From: Candidatus Cloacimonadales bacterium
Lineage (GTDB): Bacteria; Cloacimonadota; Cloacimonadia; Cloacimonadales; JAIOQZ01
Length of the DNA: 64,000 nt
Assembly (NCBI GenBank): GCA_963665815.1
Contig: OY762463.1
Location: forward strand, 2,400,001 to 2,464,000
Direction of reading: 5' to 3'
Shown here: piece after piece, positions 39,759-48,767 of the stretch
Position numbering within the stretch: position 1 is the first letter of the stretch
Layout: each line of letters begins with the position of its first letter
The notes under the pieces: generated by a model
Seen by the model: only the letters and a program-made list of their open reading frames with translations
The model's database searches: none
Told to the model about the DNA's origin: nothing
Made by a program: the position numbers and the translations under genes

Positions 39759-39789
39759 AAGCCTGTTGCATTGCGACAGGCTTTTTTTT
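39759..39789 (+). terminator. Rho-independent terminator of gdhA
   Basis: AAGCCTGTTGCA-T-TGCGACAGGCTT followed by a T-run. Confidence 0.85.
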
Positions 39790-39842
39790 ACCCTGACAAT
39801 AATCCCAGGATATATAGATTTCTTTGAACTACAAAACAATGC

Positions 39843-41726
39843 TTAATTATCTTCCATATCAGCCCACTTTTCAAACAGCTCTTCCAGAGTATTTTCACAA
39901 TCCGCTTTCTTGTTCATAAGCTCTGTCAGCTTCTCATAATCTGTGCCATGAATAATCATATCCTGCTCAAGCTTTAGGATTTCGGACTCAACACTCTCAA
40001 TTTCATCCTGCAGCTTATCAAGTCTCCGCTGCTTCCTCTTCTCTTCCTTACTGTCTGCTCTGGAATCCTTCTTCACTGCTGATTTTGGTTTCACTTCATT
40101 TGCTATTTTCTCTGACTTCTTCTTTCGGTAGTAATCATAATTACCATTATATGTTACAATTTTACTGTTCTCTATACTACAGATTCTGTCTGCGAGTTTG
40201 TTTATGAAGTAACGGTCGTGGGAGATAAACAATATTGTTCCTTCAAAACCCGTCAGTGATTCCTCCAGCATTTCTCTGGAAGCTATATCCAAATGGTTGG
40301 TCGGTTCATCAAGCATCAGCAGATTAATCTCCTGGCTGAGCAAAAAGCACAGTCTAAGCCTGACCTTTTCCCCACCGGATAAATCTTTAATTGTCTTGAA
40401 GACCTCATCTCTCGTAAAGAGGAATCTCGCCAGCCTGGTTCTTGCTTCATTCTCATATAAATTGAATGTTCTCTGATATAAATCCAGGATTGATCTGCTT
40501 TCATCGGAGAACTCAATCTCCTGCTCGAGATAACCCAGTTTTACACTTGCACCGAGTTCACAAATACCTGAGTCCGGTTCCAGTTCTCCCATCACAAGCT
40601 TGAAGAACGTTGTTTTACCTGATCCGTTCTTTCCCAGCAGTGCAGTCTTTTCCTGATACAACGCCAGAAAATCAACATCCTTGAAAATCTGCTTATTTCC
40701 GAAGCTTTTTGACATTTTCTCTGCTGTTATAACCCGTTTGCCTGATCTTGCTCCGGAAGTAAGATTGAAGTTCATAGTTTTAGCTGTCTGCGGTCTACCC
40801 TGCTCTTCCAGCTCATCAGCCATTTTCTCATAGCGTTTTGCCCGTGCCATATGAGCATTATTATCCGTGTTGATTCTGCCCCATACTCTGTATCGTTCTG
40901 CAGCAGCTCTCAGAGCTTTTATCTTTTTCTGTCTGTCTTTGAATGCCTCAAACTCCTGCTTGATTTTCAAGTCTTTCTCTTCCTGATAAAATGAATAATT
41001 ACCAGAGTAAGTAACAGTTTTACCGAACTCAAGCTCCACAATTTTATTGCAGACTCTATCCAGAAAATACCTATCGTGAGATATAATAACTGTACTTCCT
41101 TCATAATCAGCCAGATAGCCTTCCAGCCATTCCACAGCATCAATATCGAGATGGTTCGTCGGCTCATCAAGTAGTAGGATATCCGGTGATTGAAGAAGCA
41201 TACGTGCCAACATGACAATAGTCTTTTCTCCCCCGGAAAGCTTCATGAAACTTCTAGATCGGAAATCTGCCGAAAACTTAAATCCGGAAAGAATTTTGGC
41301 TTTTTCTACTTCCACATCATAACCACCGGCATGCTCGTATTCAGTCTGTAAAGCTCCAAGTTTGTCTAACAATGTATCATAATCAGGATTATTCACATCA
41401 GACAATGCTTTTTCATAACGTTTTATCTCGGCAGCTTTAGCAAAGATATCTGCAAATGCTTCATTGATTACATCTTCTACGGAAGCTGTTTCGGGATAAT
41501 CCGGGATCTGGTGCAGATAACCAAGTGAAGCATTCTTCATCATGGATACATGTCCTTCGTCCTGAGCCTCCAGACCTGCAATAATCTTGAATACCGTTGT
41601 TTTTCCGGTACCGTTTCTGCCGATGAATCCGACATTCTCACCCGACTTAACAACGAATGAAACGTCTGTAAAAACGGTCTGGCCACCAAAGTTTTTTTTA
41701 AGTCCTGAACAATTAAGCTGAATCAT
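39843..41726 (-). CDS. ABC-F family ATPase
   Basis: Two nucleotide-binding domains (GRNGTGKTT/LSGGE/LDEPTNHLD twice), no transmembrane helices, C-terminal coiled coil. Confidence 0.95.
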   Translation of the reverse strand: MIQLNCSGLKKNFGGQTVFTDVSFVVKSGENVGFIGRNGTGKTTVFKIIAGLEAQDEGHVSMMKNASLGYLHQIPDYPETASVEDVINEAFADIFAKAAEIKRYEKALSDVNNPDYDTLLDKLGALQTEYEHAGGYDVEVEKAKILSGFKFSADFRSRSFMKLSGGEKTIVMLARMLLQSPDILLLDEPTNHLDIDAVEWLEGYLADYEGSTVIISHDRYFLDRVCNKIVELEFGKTVTYSGNYSFYQEEKDLKIKQEFEAFKDRQKKIKALRAAAERYRVWGRINTDNNAHMARAKRYEKMADELEEQGRPQTAKTMNFNLTSGARSGKRVITAEKMSKSFGNKQIFKDVDFLALYQEKTALLGKNGSGKTTFFKLVMGELEPDSGICELGASVKLGYLEQEIEFSDESRSILDLYQRTFNLYENEARTRLARFLFTRDEVFKTIKDLSGGEKVRLRLCFLLSQEINLLMLDEPTNHLDIASREMLEESLTGFEGTILFISHDRYFINKLADRICSIENSKIVTYNGNYDYYRKKKSEKIANEVKPKSAVKKDSRADSKEEKRKQRRLDKLQDEIESVESEILKLEQDMIIHGTDYEKLTELMNKKADCENTLEELFEKWADMEDN

Positions 41727-42200
41727 TTACACTACCTCAAAGCAAGTTCTTATAAGATCCTTGAACTGTGAACCACCTTTGTTCTCAGCAAATTCTCCCA
41801 AGTATATCATCTTCTTTCCTTTTGTACTAAGAAAGTACATTTCTATTCCACCCACAATCCGTCTAGATGTATTCCGTGTGACAATCGAAGAATAATCATC
41901 AAAACTGATACAACTCTCGTAGATGTTATTCTTGAACACTGCAGAATTATCATCAAAGTTGATAACAATTGAATTCCTGTAGAAGAATGGTGAAATAATT
42001 TTGAATCTTGTGACATAATAATATAATAGTGCAACTGGAATTATGATGTATATACTAAGCCGTAATCCAAAGAAAACAAGTGGAGCGGCTAAATGCAGCA
42101 TACTGTAGCTTACCCCTAAAATTCTTAAGTACAAAGGATCAGACATGTTAATTGATAACTTGTTATTGGTGTAATCTATTGCAGTTCTAAGTTCCGACAT
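41727..42200 (-). CDS. Hypothetical membrane protein
   Basis: Two hydrophobic helices plus a soluble domain. Start uncertain (42200 or 42266). Confidence 0.55.
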   Translation of the reverse strand: MSELRTAIDYTNNKLSINMSDPLYLRILGVSYSMLHLAAPLVFFGLRLSIYIIIPVALLYYYVTRFKIISPFFYRNSIVINFDDNSAVFKNNIYESCISFDDYSSIVTRNTSRRIVGGIEMYFLSTKGKKMIYLGEFAENKGGSQFKDLIRTCFEVV

Positions 42201-42592
42201 AATTTCAATTAAGTGCTTTATAGATTTCCTTATTCTGTTCTCTTTTCCTGGTCTCATTGATTCCATCCATCATTTATATTCAGAAATGAATTTTGCTCCC
42301 TGCAAAGTCAAACATCCGATAAACAGCAGGTTAGCGATAAGCTGATTTCTGTCTATGAAATATTAAAAATTTTGACTTATCACTATCAACTTTACCGAGC
42401 AATAATCTCTGTTTTTCAGACAGGAAAACAGCATAAAATATTCAATTTTATAATAAATACTTTACAATTATTTTCAAATTATTAAATATATGGGCGTACA
42501 TAAAAACATTGAGAGAACTTTTCGTGACACTTTGAGCTAAGTGTTATGCAGATTAACTAACCTAAATATGCAAAGGTCTAACAGGAGTTGCA

Positions 42593-43195
42593 ATGAAGGT
42601 CATAAGTATAATAGGAAGTCCTCGTGTGCAAGGAGCAGGAACAAGGATTTCTACAGCTTTTACTGATCAGGCTGCAAAGTTGGGAGCAGATGTAAAAGTA
42701 TTCAGACTTAATGATATGAATTTCAGTGGGTGTCAGGGATGTGAAGGTTGTCATACAAAATCCGATAAGTGCATCATTGAAGATGATCTGACAGAGGTGC
42801 TGGATTCTATCTTTGACGCGGATATACTTGTTTTTTCCGCACCAGTCTATTACGGAGATACTTCCGGTCAATTCAAGCTATTCATGGACAGAACCTGGTC
42901 TTACGTTATTCCTCGGTATATGGTTGATCCGGTAAAAGGATGTAAACTTCCCAGAGGAAAAAAAGCTCTGTTTATTCTTACCCAGGGATTTCCCGAAGCT
43001 GCTCATAAAGACGTTATTGCCCGATACAAAGATATTTTCAGAATGTACGGTTTTGACACAAAAATCATCAGAGCTGCGAATTCCATCAACACAAGAAACT
43101 ATGAGTTTAAAACCGAGCAGGACAAAGCTGCCAAGGTTGCTCAGGACTGGATTGAACTGCTGACCAAGAAAGATGAGGAAGGGGAAACGGAATAG
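42593..43195 (+). CDS. Flavodoxin-family / iron-sulfur flavoprotein (NADPH-dependent FMN reductase family)
   Basis: GSPR, CQGCEGC...C and APVYYG...K.FMDR motifs. Confidence 0.92.
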   Translation: MKVISIIGSPRVQGAGTRISTAFTDQAAKLGADVKVFRLNDMNFSGCQGCEGCHTKSDKCIIEDDLTEVLDSIFDADILVFSAPVYYGDTSGQFKLFMDRTWSYVIPRYMVDPVKGCKLPRGKKALFILTQGFPEAAHKDVIARYKDIFRMYGFDTKIIRAANSINTRNYEFKTEQDKAAKVAQDWIELLTKKDEEGETE

Positions 43196-44134
43196 CTAAT
43201 ACGTCACTCTAACAACCTTGCAATAATGATTATCTTCATCATCGTAGTCAAAGTATAGTATTTTATCATCGTATATATCAAATATTACATAATCGGATTT
43301 ATCTATAGCTCCGAGATAATTACCTTTCAAGTCATAGAACTCATAATGATTGTAGTATTCCATATCTTGCAGACCAAAAACAACATAATTATTGGTCACA
43401 TATAATTTCGTGATCACTGATTCTTTTGTTCTGATATTTGAATAGTTCAAGTCCCAGACTTTTTTATCTTCTCCATTCACATACTGCACGAGACTGAAAT
43501 CTGTTTCTGATCGGTTCAGGACGAATACATCTCTGTCATTAACTGCAGCCAGTAAAAGGTAATCTATACATTCACTGAAATTCTCTGTATTCTTCAAAAA
43601 TTTACTTCCAAAATCTGTTATTACAGAATCAGCTTCCATCTGTAAAACATGATCTTTAAAACCTACAACTCCGTTATTTTCTGCCGGAACTCTTTTAAGA
43701 TAGATCTTACCTGATTTGTATGGAAGCAGACCTACACAATGATTATCCGGTGTTTTTATTGTAGGATTATCAAATCCATCCTTGTAAAATGTAAATCTGT
43801 ATGCGTATGGATCGTACACTACCAATTCATTGATGTTCTGACTCCAGCATACCATGGGTATACTCTGATACTCTCCCGGCGCATTACCTTTACCACCAAA
43901 ACGCTTTTTGAGGTTACCTTTGTAATCGAAATTCTGGATAATCCCATTCTCGAAATCAAAGACGAATATATTATCCTTGAAGGCTCTCAAAAGCATGTAT
44001 TGACCTGAATCATCAACAGGAAATCTGATAAATTCCTCAAGTTTCAGCTCCGGAGTGTCTTCTTTTCCTTTACACGAGGTAAGAATTAACAAAGCAAGTA
44101 TCAAAACAAGTAAAGAACAAATTCTATTTCGCAT
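43196..44134 (-). CDS. 6-bladed beta-propeller lipoprotein
   Basis: Start at ATG 44134 gives MRNRICSLLVLILALLILTSC (lipobox); RFGGKGNAPGEY motif; overlaps the ABC exporter stop. Confidence 0.8.
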   Translation of the reverse strand: MRNRICSLLVLILALLILTSCKGKEDTPELKLEEFIRFPVDDSGQYMLLRAFKDNIFVFDFENGIIQNFDYKGNLKKRFGGKGNAPGEYQSIPMVCWSQNINELVVYDPYAYRFTFYKDGFDNPTIKTPDNHCVGLLPYKSGKIYLKRVPAENNGVVGFKDHVLQMEADSVITDFGSKFLKNTENFSECIDYLLLAAVNDRDVFVLNRSETDFSLVQYVNGEDKKVWDLNYSNIRTKESVITKLYVTNNYVVFGLQDMEYYNHYEFYDLKGNYLGAIDKSDYVIFDIYDDKILYFDYDDEDNHYCKVVRVTY

Positions 44135-45845
44135 TCCACATTTCATAGTATTTACCTTTGGATTCCAGAAGTTCGAGATGGTTTCCGTCTTCAATGATCT
44201 TTCCATTCTGTAGAATAATGATCTTATCAAAACGGCTGATAGTAGTCAGTTTATGAGCAACCATAATAATTGTTTTACCAGTTACATTATTAATTTTGCG
44301 AATCAGCTCTATTATATTCTGCTCATTGGATGAATCGAGCTGAGACGTTGCTTCATCGAGAATCAATACTGAAGAATCCCTTACCAACGCTCGAGCAATT
44401 GACAGTCTCTGACGTTCCCCACCTGAAAGCAGTGTTCCCTGATCACCGATAACAGTCTTGTAACCTTCCGGCATTGAGTCAATCTTCTTTTTCAGATCAA
44501 CAAGATTTATCAGCTCATCCAGATCATGTTCTGTTACATCGGGTTTAATCATGCGGAAGTTTTCCAGAATGGATTTATTGAAGAAATACGAGTCTTGCGG
44601 AACCACACTGAAGAAGGTTCTTAATGATTCGATTTTGATATCATTGATATTCTTATCTCCTATACTGACAACACCATTATCTACTTCATGGAACCGTAGA
44701 AGAAGTTTGATCAGGGTAGATTTACCAGATCCGGAGTCACCGCATAATGCAACCATACTTCCCGGCTCTATCTTGCAGGTGAATTTCTCGAATATTCTAC
44801 TGTCATCATTATAGGAAAACTCTACATTCTCAAACTCAATAGCATAATTACCTGCTTTAATATCTACCGAATTTTCAGTGTCTTTAATATCTGTACTGAG
44901 ATTAAGAATTCCCAGAATAGACTCTATGGAAGAGTTGATATTCGCCATTGTCGGCTTGATTCTATAGAAGAAACTTACAGGTCCGATACAGTAGTTAAGA
45001 TATAGACTGAATGCGATCAAAGAACCCACGGCTATCTCGCCTTTTATAACTGAGTATCCGCCTATCATATAGACAATCACAGAGGTAGTAATCTGCAGAA
45101 CTCCGGCCACAATGACACCAAGCAGACCGCTGTAAGTGGATGATTTCACCCTGGCAGCGGTTAGGTCATAGCTTTCTTTCGTGAGCTTATCGGAAATCCT
45201 GTCTCTGAGATTAAATGCCAGAACAACATAGATGTTACTGAAAACCTGCTGGAAGAGTCCGGTTATAGATGATACTGACCCTCTTTCTGTTTCGGACAGC
45301 TCTTTAAGTTTGCTGACAAACACTTTCTTGGTGAGAGGGAATAGCCCGATTGGAACACAGGCAATAAGTGCTAACTTGTAATTCATGACAAAGAGTATGA
45401 TTATGGCAGCAACAAGCTGAATAGAGTTAAGGACAATTGAATACATTGTGTTTATGGCATAACCTTCCACACGCTCTGTGTCGGAATTCATGATTGTAAG
45501 AAGATCACCCTGATTCCGCTTTTCGAAAAAGCTGATTGATTGAGATAAGAGTACATCCGAAAGTTTTTTACGCAGTGAGAACACAACTCCGGTACTGACT
45601 CTTGATTCGAAACGGAAAGACATCATAAGAATTGTCTGCCTGATCATGACAGCAATTATGGTTGCAACGGAGGCAATAAGCACCATCCTGTAACTACCGG
45701 CAATAAGCCCTTCGTCGATAGTCAGTTTTGTGAAATAAGGGAACAGGAAAGGAATAAGCATAAGAAGAATCTTAAGGAACAGCACGACATAGATATTCTT
45801 TAAATGCTCAGATAGAAATTTCTTGAAGAATTTGTAAAACTTCAT
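44124..45845 (-). CDS. ABC exporter, fused membrane and ATPase domains (no C39 peptidase domain)
   Basis: About 6 transmembrane helices; GDSGSGKST, LSGGERQR, LDEATS and AHK motifs. ATG 45845 follows GAGGT. Confidence 0.93.
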   Translation of the reverse strand: MKFYKFFKKFLSEHLKNIYVVLFLKILLMLIPFLFPYFTKLTIDEGLIAGSYRMVLIASVATIIAVMIRQTILMMSFRFESRVSTGVVFSLRKKLSDVLLSQSISFFEKRNQGDLLTIMNSDTERVEGYAINTMYSIVLNSIQLVAAIIILFVMNYKLALIACVPIGLFPLTKKVFVSKLKELSETERGSVSSITGLFQQVFSNIYVVLAFNLRDRISDKLTKESYDLTAARVKSSTYSGLLGVIVAGVLQITTSVIVYMIGGYSVIKGEIAVGSLIAFSLYLNYCIGPVSFFYRIKPTMANINSSIESILGILNLSTDIKDTENSVDIKAGNYAIEFENVEFSYNDDSRIFEKFTCKIEPGSMVALCGDSGSGKSTLIKLLLRFHEVDNGVVSIGDKNINDIKIESLRTFFSVVPQDSYFFNKSILENFRMIKPDVTEHDLDELINLVDLKKKIDSMPEGYKTVIGDQGTLLSGGERQRLSIARALVRDSSVLILDEATSQLDSSNEQNIIELIRKINNVTGKTIIMVAHKLTTISRFDKIIILQNGKIIEDGNHLELLESKGKYYEMWNAK

Positions 45846-46485
45846 TAATACCTCACACAATATATTCTGTTAAGTAATAGTAATAATTAAAAAAGCCTGT
45901 AATGCCATTTCGAGCTTTCTTAATATGGATAAATATGTTTTGATAATAATTTTAGTCAAGTGGAAAAGTAAAAAAGCATCAATACCTGTACATACAATGT
46001 TAATACATAAAATGAAGAATGATTCAGTATAGTAATTAATTGAAATACGTCTAACTCATATATATATATATAGGTATTTAGTTCTTTTATTGAGAATGAT
46101 AAGTGCCCATGTTTCAAAATAAAATAGATTTTAGTCTTGACAATGATTCTACAGCAATTTTATTCAGGTGCATATATGTAGAGTAATAAGATTTCAGAAG
46201 TGAGATCAACAACAGAATTATTCGGCATATTGTAGATGTGATTTGATTAAGAATAGTTATGAATTTTCAGGAATTGTTTTCGAACTGATAGAAACGTAAG
46301 AACATTCAGAAATCTTTGCAGTATAGCAAAACAGACAGCTATAGTCAACTAACCTATTGTGCAGAGATCTCATCCAGTAAGAGAATAATTCCCACAAATA
46401 GGAAATAAAAAATATTACATAGATGATAGGAATTAAACTCATTACTGAATAACTAACAAAACAACACTAAAGAAAAGGAGACTAT

Positions 46486-46665
46486 ATGTCAAATATAATA
46501 GTAAGTTCAGGTGATCCTGCAGCTAAGCATACAAGCTATTGTGATTGTACAATTCAAACAGCACGATATACTGAGAAGCAAAAACCAGGAGGAAAACTAG
46601 CAGACATGCCTATCTGGTCAGAAGATCCCGGAACAGGATCAGGTTCAGAAAATCCAAACGCATAA
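46486..46665 (+). CDS. Unannotated 59-aa peptide (putative precursor or exported peptide)
   Basis: AAAGGAG RBS then ATG; MSNIIVSSGDPAAKHTSYCDCTIQTARYTEKQKPGGKLADMPIWSEDPGTGSGSENPNA*. Below the ORF-track size cutoff. Confidence 0.72.
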   Translation: MSNIIVSSGDPAAKHTSYCDCTIQTARYTEKQKPGGKLADMPIWSEDPGTGSGSENPNA

Positions 46666-46705
46666 TTAAAAACAAATTCCTATCATCTATATTATGGAGA
46701 AAATC

Positions 46706-47671
46706 ATGAGCAAACCCACCTTATACATAACCTTGTTACTTTTTACTGTATTCTTGTTTACCGGATGCAGCAAAGAAAAAAGCATCGGTAGTCTGACAAT
46801 AATTGATTCTTTGGATACTTCTGAAAACATTGAGAATAGTTTGTCTCACTGTACATCACTCAAAGTTTATAATGATAAGTTGTTCATTCTGGATGGAAGC
46901 AAAATCAACGTTTATGATGTTACTGACGGCGCATTCAAAAGGACTTTTGGAAAATCGGGAAAAGGTCCGGGTGAATTTAATTATGCCAACGACTTCTGTA
47001 TTTGCAGGGACACAGTGTATGTTGCTGATTCCGGTAATTTCCGAGTGCAAACATATAATATTGCAGGAGATTATTTATCTTCGTATAAATACAAGATGCC
47101 CTGGAAAATAAATTGTTTCGAGCATAGTTTGTATGTTTTACCACCAACAAGACATCCGGGAACTTTTGTCTCAAGTTATAGAAATAATAGCTTCAGTACA
47201 GAGTTCGATTTAGATCCTATACTTAAAGAGAATAACATTGATAAAACGGAAGTGGATTTTCTCATCTTCAATGATGCAAAAATGTTTGTACTACCTTTTG
47301 AAAATGGTAAGTTTTTCTTTATTGATGAAGACAATAAAATGACCCGATGCAATTTCTCTAATCTTTTAGAGGAAAAACAGTTAATTAGAATTGTGGATTA
47401 TGTAATAAATGACTCTTATTTATATATTGTAGCAAGCACTTTCACAGAAAAAGAAGGTGAAGAAAATCTGGATACAACAACTGAAATTAAAGAGTTCTTC
47501 AATATTAATGAGTACTTATTAAAAATCAACAGCAAGTTTGAGATTGAAACACAATATTCCATTCCGCAAAACGTTTTAGTAAATGAGCAATCTCTGGCAA
47601 TAAAAGATAATTTCGTGTTTATCTATGATGCCATGAGTGGTCTGGTTTATAAACTCAAAATGGAGAACTAA
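46706..47671 (+). CDS. 6-bladed beta-propeller lipoprotein
   Basis: Lipobox FTGC; TFGKSGKGPGEF and VYVADSGNFRVQ NHL-like motifs. ATG 46706 follows GGAG. Confidence 0.85.
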   Translation: MSKPTLYITLLLFTVFLFTGCSKEKSIGSLTIIDSLDTSENIENSLSHCTSLKVYNDKLFILDGSKINVYDVTDGAFKRTFGKSGKGPGEFNYANDFCICRDTVYVADSGNFRVQTYNIAGDYLSSYKYKMPWKINCFEHSLYVLPPTRHPGTFVSSYRNNSFSTEFDLDPILKENNIDKTEVDFLIFNDAKMFVLPFENGKFFFIDEDNKMTRCNFSNLLEEKQLIRIVDYVINDSYLYIVASTFTEKEGEENLDTTTEIKEFFNINEYLLKINSKFEIETQYSIPQNVLVNEQSLAIKDNFVFIYDAMSGLVYKLKMEN

Positions 47672-47673
47672 CC

Positions 47674-48605
47674 ATGAAAATACAGTGTTTGGTACTTCTT
47701 GCTTCAGTCATTTTTATGTTCGGCTGTAACTCCCACAAGGCCGAAACACTCAATCCGGTTGATTCTCTCGGCTGGCAGGAAAGCGAAGAGTATTTTATTA
47801 AAGAACCCCGATTCATCCTTGCAGATGAAAACAACATATATTGCGACAATGGAGCTGAACCCGGAGTACTCGTTTTTAACAAAGAGGATTTCAGTTTTGT
47901 CAATAGTGTCGGCAAAAAGGGCAGAGGTCCCGGAGAGTATCTTTTCCTAACTTCTGCTGAAATAACGGAAGATTTTATCTGGTTATATGATCCTGTTCAG
48001 GCAAAGATAGACATATTTTCCAAGAAGTTTGAGTATATAGACTGCATTAAACAGGATAATTTTTTGCTCAGCCTGAACAGCTTTGACAATGAATTGTTTG
48101 CGATAACAGATATCAGACAGCCGGAACTTAGACTATTGACATACGAAAACAACAATATGGAATCCATTGAAACATATTCTGATGCTCAATCTGCTATGGA
48201 ATTTATTCCGAATGAAGATAATATTCTGGAGTTATCTTTAGATTACTATGAAAGCAAGATTTATATGACTTACATGCAGAATAGTGTATGCTGTATTTTG
48301 ATAAAGGTAATGCCAAGAGAATAGAATGCGAATATCCGGAGTGGATTAACACTGAAGCAATGCACATGAGCAGTATCCAGGGGACAGAAAAAGGATTCTT
48401 TGTAACCGGATACTATATGCTTCAAGAAAAGGAATACTCAAAAAATTTCGCTCTTGAATTTAATGAAGAGGGAAAATTGCTAAAGCAATACAAGCTTGAA
48501 TCACCCACCCAATGGGGAGGTATTACAAGTGCATGTCTTTACAAGAATGAGTTGTATATAGCCACTTATAATGATGTTATATATAAGTTTAATATTAAAT
48601 TGTAG
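47674..48605 (+). pseudogene. 6-bladed beta-propeller lipoprotein split by a frameshift near 48285
   Basis: Lipobox MFGC and SVGKKGRGPGEY in ORF 47674-48324. ORF 48288-48605 carries the family C-terminus (ELYIA...VIYKF). Joined length is about 310 aa, like the paralogs. Confidence 0.75.
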
Positions 48606-48650
48606 AGAAGAAACATGCAAATTTTTCAGAAATCAACTCAAAGGCTGCGA

Positions 48651-48705
48651 ATGAAAAAACACCTTTTACATAACCTTGTTACTGTTTTATATATTTTTAC
48701 AGCAG
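48651..48705 (+). pseudogene. 5' remnant of another beta-propeller lipoprotein paralog
   Basis: 48660-48683 matches 46717-46740 at 23/24 nt (signal-peptide coding region). Confidence 0.6.
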
Positions 48706-48767
48706 TTCTTCAGCTCTCCATTTCTACCTGAAAATACATCAGTAATCAAAGAGTAATCAGCCTGCTA

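Noticed and set aside
42201-42290. Possible YdeI/OmdA-like remnant (WMESMRPGKENRIRKSIKHL) upstream of the membrane protein gene
   Set aside because: The resemblance is weak; it may be chance or simply the gene's real N-terminus.
46320-46365. c-di-GMP-I riboswitch-like words (GCAAAA...GCTATAG)
   Set aside because: The required P1/P2 stems and GNRA tetraloop/receptor could not be built.
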